A DNA stretch of 64,000 bases from Candidatus Latescibacterota bacterium. GTDB lineage: Bacteria > Latescibacterota > UBA2968 > GCA-2709665. The DNA lies in contig OZ250150.1 in assembly GCA_965237675.1 (NCBI GenBank), positions 3,008,001 through 3,072,000 of the forward strand. Direction: 5' to 3'. Below the pieces are notes generated by a model. That model had not been told where the DNA came from, made no database searches, and worked only from the letters and a program-made list of their open reading frames with translations. This document shows, piece by piece, positions 30,945-40,135 of this stretch; position 1 is the first letter of the stretch; the number at the start of each line of letters is the position of its first letter. A program made the translations under genes and the position numbers.

Positions 30945-31475
30945 ATGCTGGATTTGAATGAGTTAGGTAAAGGCTCCATAACTGCGATCTCACCGGCAGT
31001 TGGTGCAGCCTTGGCCGAAGTTGGTGGCGTTTGTATGGAGTCTCAGGGACATGAGCGGGGTGTGGCACTTACAGTCCGAGGTTACCATAAGAACTGCTAC
31101 GCCGTTGTTTGGCCGTGTATTACTGAGCAGTCTCGTTTGACATGGAACGATCCGGAGAATGCTACGGAGTACGGCGCCGTGGGGGTTGCAGTATTGATCG
31201 CGAAGGCGATAACCGGGTATGAAATTGTCCGGCAATCCCGGAAGGGGACAGGTTTTGATTATTGGATGGGGAAGACGTCCGATGAGGGTTTCGCGAATAA
31301 AGCCGGTCTGGAAATATCGGGTATTCGCAAAGGCGACAATCGAATCATTAGAAAAAGAGTAAATGAAAAGTTGCGACAAACTGACCGGCCGGATGATCCT
31401 AAATTGGAAATTTACGTTATCGTCGTAGAATTCGGGGCGCCGATCGCAGAGGTAAGAAAAAATGAGTGCCGTTGA
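30945..31475 (+). CDS. hypothetical protein, possible PD-(D/E)XK-fold nuclease
   Basis: ATEYGA...GTGFDYW...LEISG acidic motif spacing; overlaps next gene. Confidence 0.6.
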   Translation: MLDLNELGKGSITAISPAVGAALAEVGGVCMESQGHERGVALTVRGYHKNCYAVVWPCITEQSRLTWNDPENATEYGAVGVAVLIAKAITGYEIVRQSRKGTGFDYWMGKTSDEGFANKAGLEISGIRKGDNRIIRKRVNEKLRQTDRPDDPKLEIYVIVVEFGAPIAEVRKNECR

Positions 31476-32577
31476 TAAATACCACGACGAAGCCATGGAA
31501 GCGGCTTTTTTCGCCGATCAAGAACGGCGTCGAGGAAACCAAAAGCGATCAGAGGAGTTGTTTGACCAGGCATTGGATTTGGAGCTCAAGGCCCTTGGTG
31601 GGATGTTGGAGCCGGTGGAGCCGACTTACTCGATACTACACCGTAGTGCAGGGTGGCTTGCTTTGGATTGCAACAAACCGCGACTGGCAGAACAATTAGC
31701 TAGCAAAGCCCTCGCTGGTGAGCCGGATTCGCAGATTGCGGAGGAACTGCGCGACCTGTTGGAGCAGATCAACTTTCGGCGTCACCTTGAACTAAGGGGA
31801 GTAACACTGGGAGAGGGCGAAATCCAGTTGAGTCTTTCCGGGCAGCATGTGGGTCTGGGTATGGTGAGTCAAGGCGAGTTTTTTGGGCGCGTGGAAAACT
31901 CATCAAAGATAATTCAACGTATCGTAGAACGCCGCAGCAACGAGCCATTCAGGGAAAGAGGGCGACCTAAGAAGGATATAGCGGAGAACTACGAACTGTT
32001 CGTTTCTACGCCAAGGGCGGCTAGTTTTGCCGTGACTTTGAAGTTAGGCCGGCCAACAGGGCAGCTATTTCTGCCAGGGGTATTAACCACAAATGACGTA
32101 CTGGATGAATTCATGGACTTAATGGAGATGGTAAGCCAATTCAGAGTTTCAGAGATTCAGAATCGTATCTCCGACCCTGCGTACTTCAGGAACTTCATTG
32201 GTCTTTCAAGGAAGATTGCCCCGGACGGGGAGCGGATCCGCCAGGTAGGTCTGACGTCACTGAGAAACGGCACGGAACGCTTCGTAGACGTTTCTACGCC
32301 CGCGTCTGAATTTCCGCCACTTCCAGTTCATGAAGAATTGAAAGAATTCGAAACCGAACCGGTCGAGTTGAGAGGGGTACTGCGATACGCAGACGCGACG
32401 AGCGATGCGAGAAACAGAATCAAGATCATCGGAGAAGGCAGAGAGGCACATATCATAGAAGTGCCCGATGGCATGATGAACGACATTGTACGCCCTTTGT
32501 GGGCTTCCCAGGTCAGGGTGAACGGTATACGAAAGGGATCACGCATTATACTGGAAGACATCTGGCCAGACGATTAG
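31462..32577 (+). CDS. hypothetical protein with helical (TPR-like) N-terminus
   Basis: 371-aa ORF coupled to the upstream gene; helical N-terminus HRSAGWLALDC..AEQL. Confidence 0.75.
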   Translation: MSAVDKYHDEAMEAAFFADQERRRGNQKRSEELFDQALDLELKALGGMLEPVEPTYSILHRSAGWLALDCNKPRLAEQLASKALAGEPDSQIAEELRDLLEQINFRRHLELRGVTLGEGEIQLSLSGQHVGLGMVSQGEFFGRVENSSKIIQRIVERRSNEPFRERGRPKKDIAENYELFVSTPRAASFAVTLKLGRPTGQLFLPGVLTTNDVLDEFMDLMEMVSQFRVSEIQNRISDPAYFRNFIGLSRKIAPDGERIRQVGLTSLRNGTERFVDVSTPASEFPPLPVHEELKEFETEPVELRGVLRYADATSDARNRIKIIGEGREAHIIEVPDGMMNDIVRPLWASQVRVNGIRKGSRIILEDIWPDD

Positions 32578-32672
32578 CCGGTGAATCGCGGGGCGGCTAT
32601 AAAAGGCGGCCGGAGAAAGTCGAAGCCAGGTCCTTTCCTTCATCGCTAGTAGCCGAGCGGGGGTCGAGCCAA

Positions 32673-33173
32673 ATGTCACTGGAGAGGATGGCTGAGGGGC
32701 TACTCGCAGATGCAGGCGTGGATTCCGCACCGGTTCACTTGGATCGGATCGCCAGAGACTTGGGCGTAAAGATCCAGTATGTCGATCTCGGGGAAGATTG
32801 CTCGGGGGTGCTCGTCCGTAGTGGGAACCGGGCTGTGATTGGTGTCAATGAGGATCACCATTCGAATCGGCAGCGGTTTAGCATCGCGCATGAAATCGCC
32901 CATTTCGTTCTGCACAGAGGGGATACGTACATAGGCAAGGAGTATCGTGTACAATTCCGCGACCTTGAGTCAGGTTCTGGTACAAAACGGGAAGAGATGG
33001 AGGCTAACGCATTTGCTGCAGCATTGCTTATGCCTGCCGCCTGGGTCAGGGATGCCTTCGCCCGGCAGCCTTTTGACTTGACCGAAGACGATGTGCTGGG
33101 GATGCTTGCTGAGAAGTTTGACGTGAGCACTCAATCAATGACGTACCGCCTTATGAAGCTGCGAATGATCTAA
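32673..33173 (+). CDS. ImmA/IrrE-family metallo-endopeptidase
   Basis: RQRFSIAHEIAH (HExxH), EMEANAFAAALLMP. Confidence 0.92.
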   Translation: MSLERMAEGLLADAGVDSAPVHLDRIARDLGVKIQYVDLGEDCSGVLVRSGNRAVIGVNEDHHSNRQRFSIAHEIAHFVLHRGDTYIGKEYRVQFRDLESGSGTKREEMEANAFAAALLMPAAWVRDAFARQPFDLTEDDVLGMLAEKFDVSTQSMTYRLMKLRMI

Positions 33174-33225
33174 AGCCGCCAAAAGCACCTCTGACCAATC
33201 TTGCTGAATCAAGCGAAGCCAGACG

Positions 33226-33489
33226 ATGACCGAGACGAATCCAACGCAGGAGCGTCCATATCCCCTGGACCATGAAGGGCGTATTGCCCGGCTGGAGGGC
33301 GTGGTCGAACAGATCAACGTCCGGTTGGGGAGGATGGAAACAAAGATAGACACAGTGGAAGCCAAGATCGACGTCAATCGCATGTCACTGGAAGCCAAGA
33401 TCGATGGGCTGTACCGTTGGATGGTACCGTTGCAGATTACGACGATCCTGGCTATCGCGGGGCTTGCGTTCAAGGCGTTCAGCGGCTAG
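33226..33489 (+). CDS. small coiled-coil protein with C-terminal TM helix (DUF1640-like)
   Basis: RIARLEG, repeated E.KID coiled coil, hydrophobic tail. Confidence 0.7.
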   Translation: MTETNPTQERPYPLDHEGRIARLEGVVEQINVRLGRMETKIDTVEAKIDVNRMSLEAKIDGLYRWMVPLQITTILAIAGLAFKAFSG

Positions 33490-33523
33490 TCTCAAGCGCA
33501 GCCAGATCAGGTTTTCGGTTCTT

Positions 33524-33774
33524 ATCCAGTGCATCCATGTTCCTCTTCTCATCATCTTGGCGGTCCGCCAATCACGGTAATCCCTAAGTCCTGCTAATCC
33601 CTCGTCCAGACGGTGTTTTTCCTTCCTTCCGCAGCACTTTCTTCTAATCAGTGTCCATCAGTAATCATCCGAATCACAATTTGGACAGTGATTAATTCAC
33701 ATAGATGGGCAGGATACACAGGATTTGGGGTTTTGTGTTCTTCATCCCGCCTATCCTATCCTGTTGATCCATGT
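33524..33774. repeat. 9-nt-periodic repeat cluster
   Basis: Inverted CATGGAT family 33524-33540; AATCAC family 33570-33680; facing pair 33699-33724 / 33744-33774. Confidence 0.7.
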
Positions 33775-34371
33775 TCCCCGTTTTTCTGTTTTTCCCATGC
33801 CTTCGTGAAGGATTCGGGTTCGACCCCGAGCGCATCGGCCACGCGGTTGATATAGTTGAAAAAGCCGATGATCTGAACCGCGTCGTGGATGCCCTGATCG
33901 TCGAAGCCGTGCCCGCGCAAACCGTCTATATCGTCCGCCGTTGCAGCCCGCGGATCCAGGTTGAGCTTTTCCGCGAAGGCGCACAGTGCGCGGTCGGCGG
34001 GGGGCAGGTCGGCCCGGCGCCAGTCCGCGGCCAACTGATGCACCAGCCGGTCGGCCTCGTGGCCGTCTTTAACGCCGAAATCCGTGGCGACCTCGGCACG
34101 GAGGTCGTGGGCATGCGCGCGAATTCAGTACACGCAGTGATTCGTGGCTGATACCACAACGGCCAGCATCTCCCGCCGCGCGCGGCTGAGAGGGGAGGGG
34201 CCGTGCATCAGCACGCCATAGAAATCCAGCGAAGCCTTCATGGCGGGGGGGGTTGGGGCTCATGATAGAGACAATACCCCAGATCCGTCCCGTGCGGGAC
34301 ATCGCGGCGTCATACAGCTTTTTTAACAGGCCAGTGGCCCTCTCCGGCGGGATGACGTCTATATGTGGCAT
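33756..34371 (-). pseudogene. AhpD-like CxxU selenoprotein, copy 2, with +1 frameshift in a G8 run
   Basis: Near-identical to 29486-30109; TGA at 34127-34125 with the same hairpin; G8 at 34245-34252 versus G7 in copy 1. Confidence 0.8.
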
Positions 34372-34777
34372 CACGGACCTCCATTCCAACAGGGATCAAC
34401 AGGGACAATTCAATCCGTAAAATCAAGCCAACTCACATGGATAGACAGGATGAGCAGGATGAAAACCACAAGAACGGGTCAAAACCAGTGCATGCGGATT
34501 GGCCGAGTTGCAAGACAACGGACGCCGGGCGCCGTTACGGGTTCACGTGGAATTTGCAATTCAAGATCAACAAACATGATTAGTCAGGATGAGTAAGAAA
34601 AAGCCCCAAACAACCCAACAAACGGATGGGGGATACGATGGAAGTACGAGAGCATCGAGTCGCGGGACATTTGCTGCAGCCATCCGGAAGAGTACAAAAG
34701 CGATTGCTGATCGACGAATCAGTCTGATTTGCGGGCTTTCGGCGGAGGTATTGTGCGCGGAGAGTATCTGCCCGGTA

Positions 34778-35416
34778 TCAAGTTGATACGCGACCCCATT
34801 GGTCTACTTCGTTAAGGTGGCAATTCTTGTATTTTCTGCCACTTCCGCAAGGACATCGGTCATTTCTACCGGCAGCCAAATTTGAAATATCTGCGATTTC
34901 CGTGATATACTGCCGAAACCCTTCTTCACCGTGCGCGTATTCATCCCAGAGATCACTTCGTGCAGCACTGATGCCGAATTTTTCGGTGTAAGATAGACGA
35001 AAAAAGAAGGGAATTATCAAGTGTGTAATAAAGGTTTCGATTCTGAGTTTTCGATCATGCGCAATTGTTATTCCCAAACAACAAGCACCATCTGATTCGT
35101 AAATGTGTAAATCGATTATGGGAACTTGACATTTTTTCGCTATTTCAGGATGCCTTCCTCCGATTTCATAAACCTTTGGCCAACCATTCAGATCCCTTGA
35201 ATCAGGATATAGACGAATTTCTATCTCAAATACATCCTGGATAACGGTGTGTTGACCGTCGGTGTCAGCAACATTGTCGATTATAAGTTTGCCTGACCCC
35301 GTCTCAAAATAGGCACAGAAGTCAAGCTCTCCCACTATTTTTTGAACTTTGCCCTTATATTGTAAGTTTGGGAAATGCGATTCTAACCATTGAATTTCTT
35401 TTTCATTCACCTTCAT
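34778..35416 (-). CDS. prokaryotic E2-like protein with SEC-C motif (CBASS accessory)
   Basis: WPKVYEIGGR...HIYESDGACCLG E2-like catalytic region; GRNDRCPCGSGRKYKNCH. Confidence 0.75.
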   Translation of the reverse strand: MKVNEKEIQWLESHFPNLQYKGKVQKIVGELDFCAYFETGSGKLIIDNVADTDGQHTVIQDVFEIEIRLYPDSRDLNGWPKVYEIGGRHPEIAKKCQVPIIDLHIYESDGACCLGITIAHDRKLRIETFITHLIIPFFFRLSYTEKFGISAARSDLWDEYAHGEEGFRQYITEIADISNLAAGRNDRCPCGSGRKYKNCHLNEVDQWGRVST

Positions 35417-35424
35417 TTCTCACA

Positions 35425-36366
35425 TTACCAGGCATAAGGTTTTCTAGGAATTACCGCTCCTGTCGAAGAAGCTGTGCTTTCTGTGAGTTCTCCGAATTTA
35501 TCACCGAACTGCTCTCTCCACTTTTTGACACTGGTATTATGATCAGTCGCTTCAAACGCTTCGTCCACCTTGCGGTTGTATGTATTAAATAAATCCCTAA
35601 AATGCCTGTATTTATCCTGATCCCAGTGCCTGGTGAAACTCTCTTCTGGCAAGACCGGATTATAGACTTCCGGCATGTCCGGATTGTCTTGCAGGAAGTC
35701 ATTTATCCGATTCGAAATCGTCTTCAAGGTGGTTGGAATATCCTTGAAGTCTTCACTGCCCTCGTCGTCATCGAACACACGCTCACCGATGAGTGTGGTC
35801 AAGAGGATTGATTTAATCGAGAAGTTTCCCTTATGATCTCTGAGGAATTTCAACAGTCTCGTAACCCTCTTTAGGTTTCCGTTTGTTATCCTTGTTTTTC
35901 CGTTGAACCAGTCCCGATAACCGGTGCCGTCAGTGATTTCAAATTCATTTTCCTTCCGATTGCAGATATATCGATATTCTCCATCCGTGACGCAGGGAAC
36001 AATATCCAAATGAAAATCGCCTGCATAGTCGATGTAAACGCACCTTGTCTTCCGATGTGATTTTTCCCGATATGTATCGTTTTGCCTGAGGCAATGGTAG
36101 ACTTCGTTTATGTATTCTTCAGGTTCTTTATCGGGATCGTATTCCATAAACAACAAAACGTCAGCATCATATTCACGGCCATTTACGGGTTTGATAATAG
36201 TCCTTAACGCATAAGAACCCTGTCGTTCGGTTTTTTCGTATGAGTCCAGGGATTTGCTAAGGTAATCAACTACCGCCGATGTGCTGCGATTCAACCTGTC
36301 GAGTCTTGTTTCGTTGAGATTTACCTCTTCGGCGAGGAAATCTTCGAAATATTTCTGGTGTTTCAT
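35425..36366 (-). CDS. cGAS/DncV-like nucleotidyltransferase (CD-NTase, SMODS)
   Basis: QGSYALRTIIKP...EYDAD (GS..DxD), KTRCV, FHLDIVP, NPV..E.F..W, W..QFG. Confidence 0.9.
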   Translation of the reverse strand: MKHQKYFEDFLAEEVNLNETRLDRLNRSTSAVVDYLSKSLDSYEKTERQGSYALRTIIKPVNGREYDADVLLFMEYDPDKEPEEYINEVYHCLRQNDTYREKSHRKTRCVYIDYAGDFHLDIVPCVTDGEYRYICNRKENEFEITDGTGYRDWFNGKTRITNGNLKRVTRLLKFLRDHKGNFSIKSILLTTLIGERVFDDDEGSEDFKDIPTTLKTISNRINDFLQDNPDMPEVYNPVLPEESFTRHWDQDKYRHFRDLFNTYNRKVDEAFEATDHNTSVKKWREQFGDKFGELTESTASSTGAVIPRKPYAW

Positions 36367-36424
36367 TTTTCTTCTCCTTTAATGTTTCGGGGACTAAGAA
36401 GCATGACTGTTTTTCTGTACTTTG

Positions 36425-37374
36425 CTAGAGCCCAAGGAATTCTCTTATCCTTTGGCCCCTGTGTGTAAAATCCTGATCAGCTTCTCGTGTCCAGTCATGA
36501 AGTTTCCGAGGGGTATCCATCGGAAGGGGTCTGTCCGATACGAAATTGATGCGCAGAAGTTGCTCTGGTTCCCTCATCTCCTGCGTTTGAAGCAACAAAC
36601 TTAACATGTTGTGAGAACTCTCACCTTGTAGATTGAAAATCAGATTGAGGAGTTTTTGGCGTTCCCAGCGGGTGGCCATTCCCCACCCCCAAAAAGCATT
36701 ATGAAGCCTTCCGGTGTTGAATTGATAGGTAGTTTTGCTTGTACCCGTACCAATCTAAGGTCACCTAAATCAACACCCAGACGGCGCTTCGCATCAATTG
36801 CTGCGACGAGGGCAGGATTATTTGCCCACAAACCGCCATCGATCAGTGGATAGTGATCCACCATATAGGGGTCGAAGTATGTAGGTGCAGAACAAGAAGC
36901 CATCACCGCGTCGCCGACTTGAACCTCAGGGTCGCGATGGAACCCAGGATCATACGCTGATTTAAACACGTGCACCCGACCGCCTCCAATATCAACGGAT
37001 GGGATGATTAGCGGTACTGAAATATCCTTCAAACGTGTGTTTCCAAACAGCTTAAAGAGGTAACGTCGCAAGACCTCATTGCTGTAACGACTCGCAAAGA
37101 GGCTAGTTAAACCGAATGGGATGAATTTGTCAATCCAACGTCGCTTAAAGATCAGATGAGCTTGTTCAGCGTAGAGATTGTATAGAGAATCTGCAGATCG
37201 ACCGTGAGCCAATCCAGCGGCGATGATAGAACCCGTGCTCGTGCCCGCAAACAAACCGAATTTGTCACACCATTCGACGCCCCATTCCTCCTCCATGCGC
37301 TTGAGAAGATACGCTGAGTATGCGCCTCTGAAACCACCCCCGTCAATAGACAGAATATAGAATTTTCCGCTCAA
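36425..37374 (-). pseudogene. capV: CapV-like patatin phospholipase, frameshifted near 36754
   Basis: DGGGFRG, GTSTG, SAPTYF, DGGLWANNP; IGTG and the C-terminus continue in another frame to 36425. Confidence 0.8.
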
Positions 37375-37437
37375 AACAGGAATTTCCTCCTTGTGACCTC
37401 GCGATGCCAGACACACAGTGCTTGCATTTAATCAAGT

Positions 37438-37464
37438 TCTGTTACCTCAATATCCGGTAACAGA
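37438..37464. promoter_or_regulatory. perfect 9-bp inverted repeat upstream of the CBASS operon (putative operator)
   Basis: TCTGTTACC-N9-GGTAACAGA. Confidence 0.55.
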
Positions 37465-37488
37465 TAACAAAAAATAACCAAAACACAA

Positions 37489-38100
37489 TCATGTAGCAAC
37501 CATTTTGTTTACGAAAAGCGGGCCTCCGGTAGGACTGGACACTTTGCGACGATCTATAAGATGCATATCAGCGAGCTCTTGGAGCAGATGGTTGGCATTC
37601 TGCAGGGATAGACCAAGTCTCAAAGAAATCTCATTGGTGGCGTATTCGCCGTTTCGTTTAAGAAGGTCCAAGATATCCTTCATCTTTGCCTTCTTCCGTT
37701 TCTCCTTTTCTGCTTCGTTATCTCCTTCGGTTGAAAGATAACCAAACGGTATCCATCGATTTCGGACAGAAAGCCACATGGTTAGATCCTGCTCCACAAG
37801 CGCAGCGCGAACTCCATCCAAGAGCTCCTCAAAATCATCTCCATCATACTTGAGCACGATCGTTTTTATCCGGTAATCGCCGGCCAACAATCTCTTAAAA
37901 CTCCGACGAATTGTCTGTTTTGCGTATGAATAACCCAAGAATTCTAGACCATTTAGGTCGAAAACGCCTACCGTATCCTGCGGTGTTCGCTCGAGTGTTT
38001 GGTTCAATTCTACGTAATCTTCCCGTTCAGCTTGCCAGGAAAATTTGAGATCCTTGCCAAATTCTCTAAAGCGAACAGATTGCATGTTCTGTTTCCCCAA
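37489..38100 (-). CDS. STAS-like plus winged-HTH regulator (CapS-like)
   Basis: VFDLNGLEFLGYSY STAS-like motif; C-terminal EISLRLGLSLQNANHLLQELADMHLIDR wHTH. Confidence 0.65.
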   Translation of the reverse strand: MGKQNMQSVRFREFGKDLKFSWQAEREDYVELNQTLERTPQDTVGVFDLNGLEFLGYSYAKQTIRRSFKRLLAGDYRIKTIVLKYDGDDFEELLDGVRAALVEQDLTMWLSVRNRWIPFGYLSTEGDNEAEKEKRKKAKMKDILDLLKRNGEYATNEISLRLGLSLQNANHLLQELADMHLIDRRKVSSPTGGPLFVNKMVAT

Positions 38101-38110
38101 ATTGCGGTAT

Positions 38111-38146
38111 CAGATGAAATTTAAAAACATCTGCAAGAAATGTCAA
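38111..38146 (-). promoter_or_regulatory. sigma70 promoter with overlapping inverted repeat
   Basis: TTGACA(38146-38141)-17 nt-TAAATT(38123-38118); CAGATG-N11-CATCTG spans the -10 box. Confidence 0.7.
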
Positions 38147-38149
38147 GTC

Positions 38150-39028
38150 TTATCTCCATACGAATAGCTGTGTACCAGGAAACCAGGTGCCTTGGCCCGC
38201 CTTATTATCTTCCTGTGGACCGATGGCAATCGCACCCGAACCGGATCGAAGGCGGCAGCCCAAATGCAGAATCTTCGCAATTCTAAAAATCTGCCTGATC
38301 CCGCCACCACGTTCTTCGTTCTGATCTCTCATACGTGAAATGCCGCGTTCAACGACAGCAGTCAGCGCATTGATATCTGTTTCAAAACTGTGGATAGTAT
38401 TCAAGCTATTTCGTATCCCAACCCCTAAGTCGCCGATGGCAAGCCTAAATCCTTGGCGCTTAGGGTAATGTTGAATCTGTGAACAATAATATGGGAGAGA
38501 GGTCCCATCTGGCTGAGAATGTTCAAAAAGGTTTGAGAATGTCTCTGTGATTAACCCTTTGAGGTGTCGTACCAACGTTGTAGTAAGGCCATAGTGTACT
38601 CGCAGAAAGCTGACAAAGCTGTCGATCAAGGCGTCGAGATTGTCGCCGTTCTCTCCAATGGCAAATTGGCCCAATGGGTCGAGTAAGGGTGTGAAAATTG
38701 GAGAATGATGTTCTTGTATATTCCCAAGTTCGGTGAGCTTAGATGCGTCGTCATCTGAAAGGGTTAAGTTGTCTACTTTATCGAAAAAATGCATGCGCTT
38801 CATGTATGTGAGCGGGCACGGCTCATCCCGTTTTATCTCTGGCAAGATGGCTTCAATGTGCATTCCGGTTACCAATTCGGAGTGTAGGAACAAAGCCAAA
38901 AGGACAAGGCCGTCCGATTGGACAAATTCAAGGGAAGAAAAATCAAGACAAATGTCATCCCGATAAGACTCGGAAACGACATTTAAAATTGTCGTGTAGT
39001 CGAGTTTGGATATCCGGAACGTCTTCAT
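38150..39028 (-). CDS. STAS-like plus GHKL/HATPase anti-sigma-type kinase (CapK-like)
   Basis: LDFSSLEFV N-terminus; ETFSNLFEHS (N box), DLGVGI (G1), GISR, RGGGI (G2), FPGT. Confidence 0.75.
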   Translation of the reverse strand: MKTFRISKLDYTTILNVVSESYRDDICLDFSSLEFVQSDGLVLLALFLHSELVTGMHIEAILPEIKRDEPCPLTYMKRMHFFDKVDNLTLSDDDASKLTELGNIQEHHSPIFTPLLDPLGQFAIGENGDNLDALIDSFVSFLRVHYGLTTTLVRHLKGLITETFSNLFEHSQPDGTSLPYYCSQIQHYPKRQGFRLAIGDLGVGIRNSLNTIHSFETDINALTAVVERGISRMRDQNEERGGGIRQIFRIAKILHLGCRLRSGSGAIAIGPQEDNKAGQGTWFPGTQLFVWR

Positions 39029-40135
39029 GGTAAGAAGAGTATAGATCGAAAACCCCGTCTCGTCAAATTGGACGGGAGACTCAACGAGAGAATTATGGCT
39101 AGGATTCGGGCATATCGCTTGAGATTAGGGTGCATTCGTGGTCTCTCGGACATGGGCGATAGGCCCCAATTGGTTTGAAGCCGAATACGATTGTTTGACG
39201 GGTTTTCGCATTTATCCTGCCTATCCTGTTCATCCATGTTTCCCGTCTACCCACATCCGCCCAATGGCCGCCTGAATCTTCTTTTCGAATCGCTCAATCA
39301 ACACTTGGTTGGCTCTCACAAGCGCCTGCTCGGTGTCGACCTCAGCGACAATTTTTCGTTGCACAACGACAGATGGTAACGGGACTCTAATTGTCTTGAT
39401 GTCGATCAGATGAAGATTTGTTACTGTTCCTGACTTCGATCGAGATGTAGCTTGTGCGTAAGCAGGGTCAGAATTCAGGAACAGCTCGAGGAAACGTGAA
39501 TCTACCAGTTCTCGACGAGGTTTTATTAATGCAAGGCTTACGAAGATGCTAAAATCACCTTCCCAATCAACCATTTTTGCCACCCCGATTGTCCCGTTTT
39601 TTGTATATAGTATATCTCCCTGTTCGGGGTGACATCGCTTCGTGAGCTCAAGGTGTTCCTCTTTGGAGATAAACTTTTTTGACGAGTTGCTCTTCGTAAT
39701 GTCAGTCACCCGGAGAAAAGGTATACCCGAGTCAGTGTATGTTGGAGTTGTGTGGGTACCGTCGGTAATCTTGTTAGCGATTTCCGATAACTCCACCATC
39801 GGCCACTCGGTGTCGATGTGAATATGCGGCCGGTAGTTGTCGATTACCGCGCGCGCGCCGTCGATCACCCGCTGATATCCCTCGATCTCCGCCACAATCT
39901 CCCGCTGCACCTCCAGCGGCGGCAGGGGGATCTCGAAATTCTCAATGAACTTTCGCGGCACACGTTGGAGTCCACCGGTTCCCGTCATATTATCGATACC
40001 GGCTTGGCGAAATGACGGACGGGTAACGCAATAATAAACCCACTCCGAGAGCACCTTCTCAGACGCTCGAATCACGTAGAATTCGCTGGAACCAAATCCA
40101 ATACCATTTTTCAGATTTCTAGCAATTCCAGCCTT

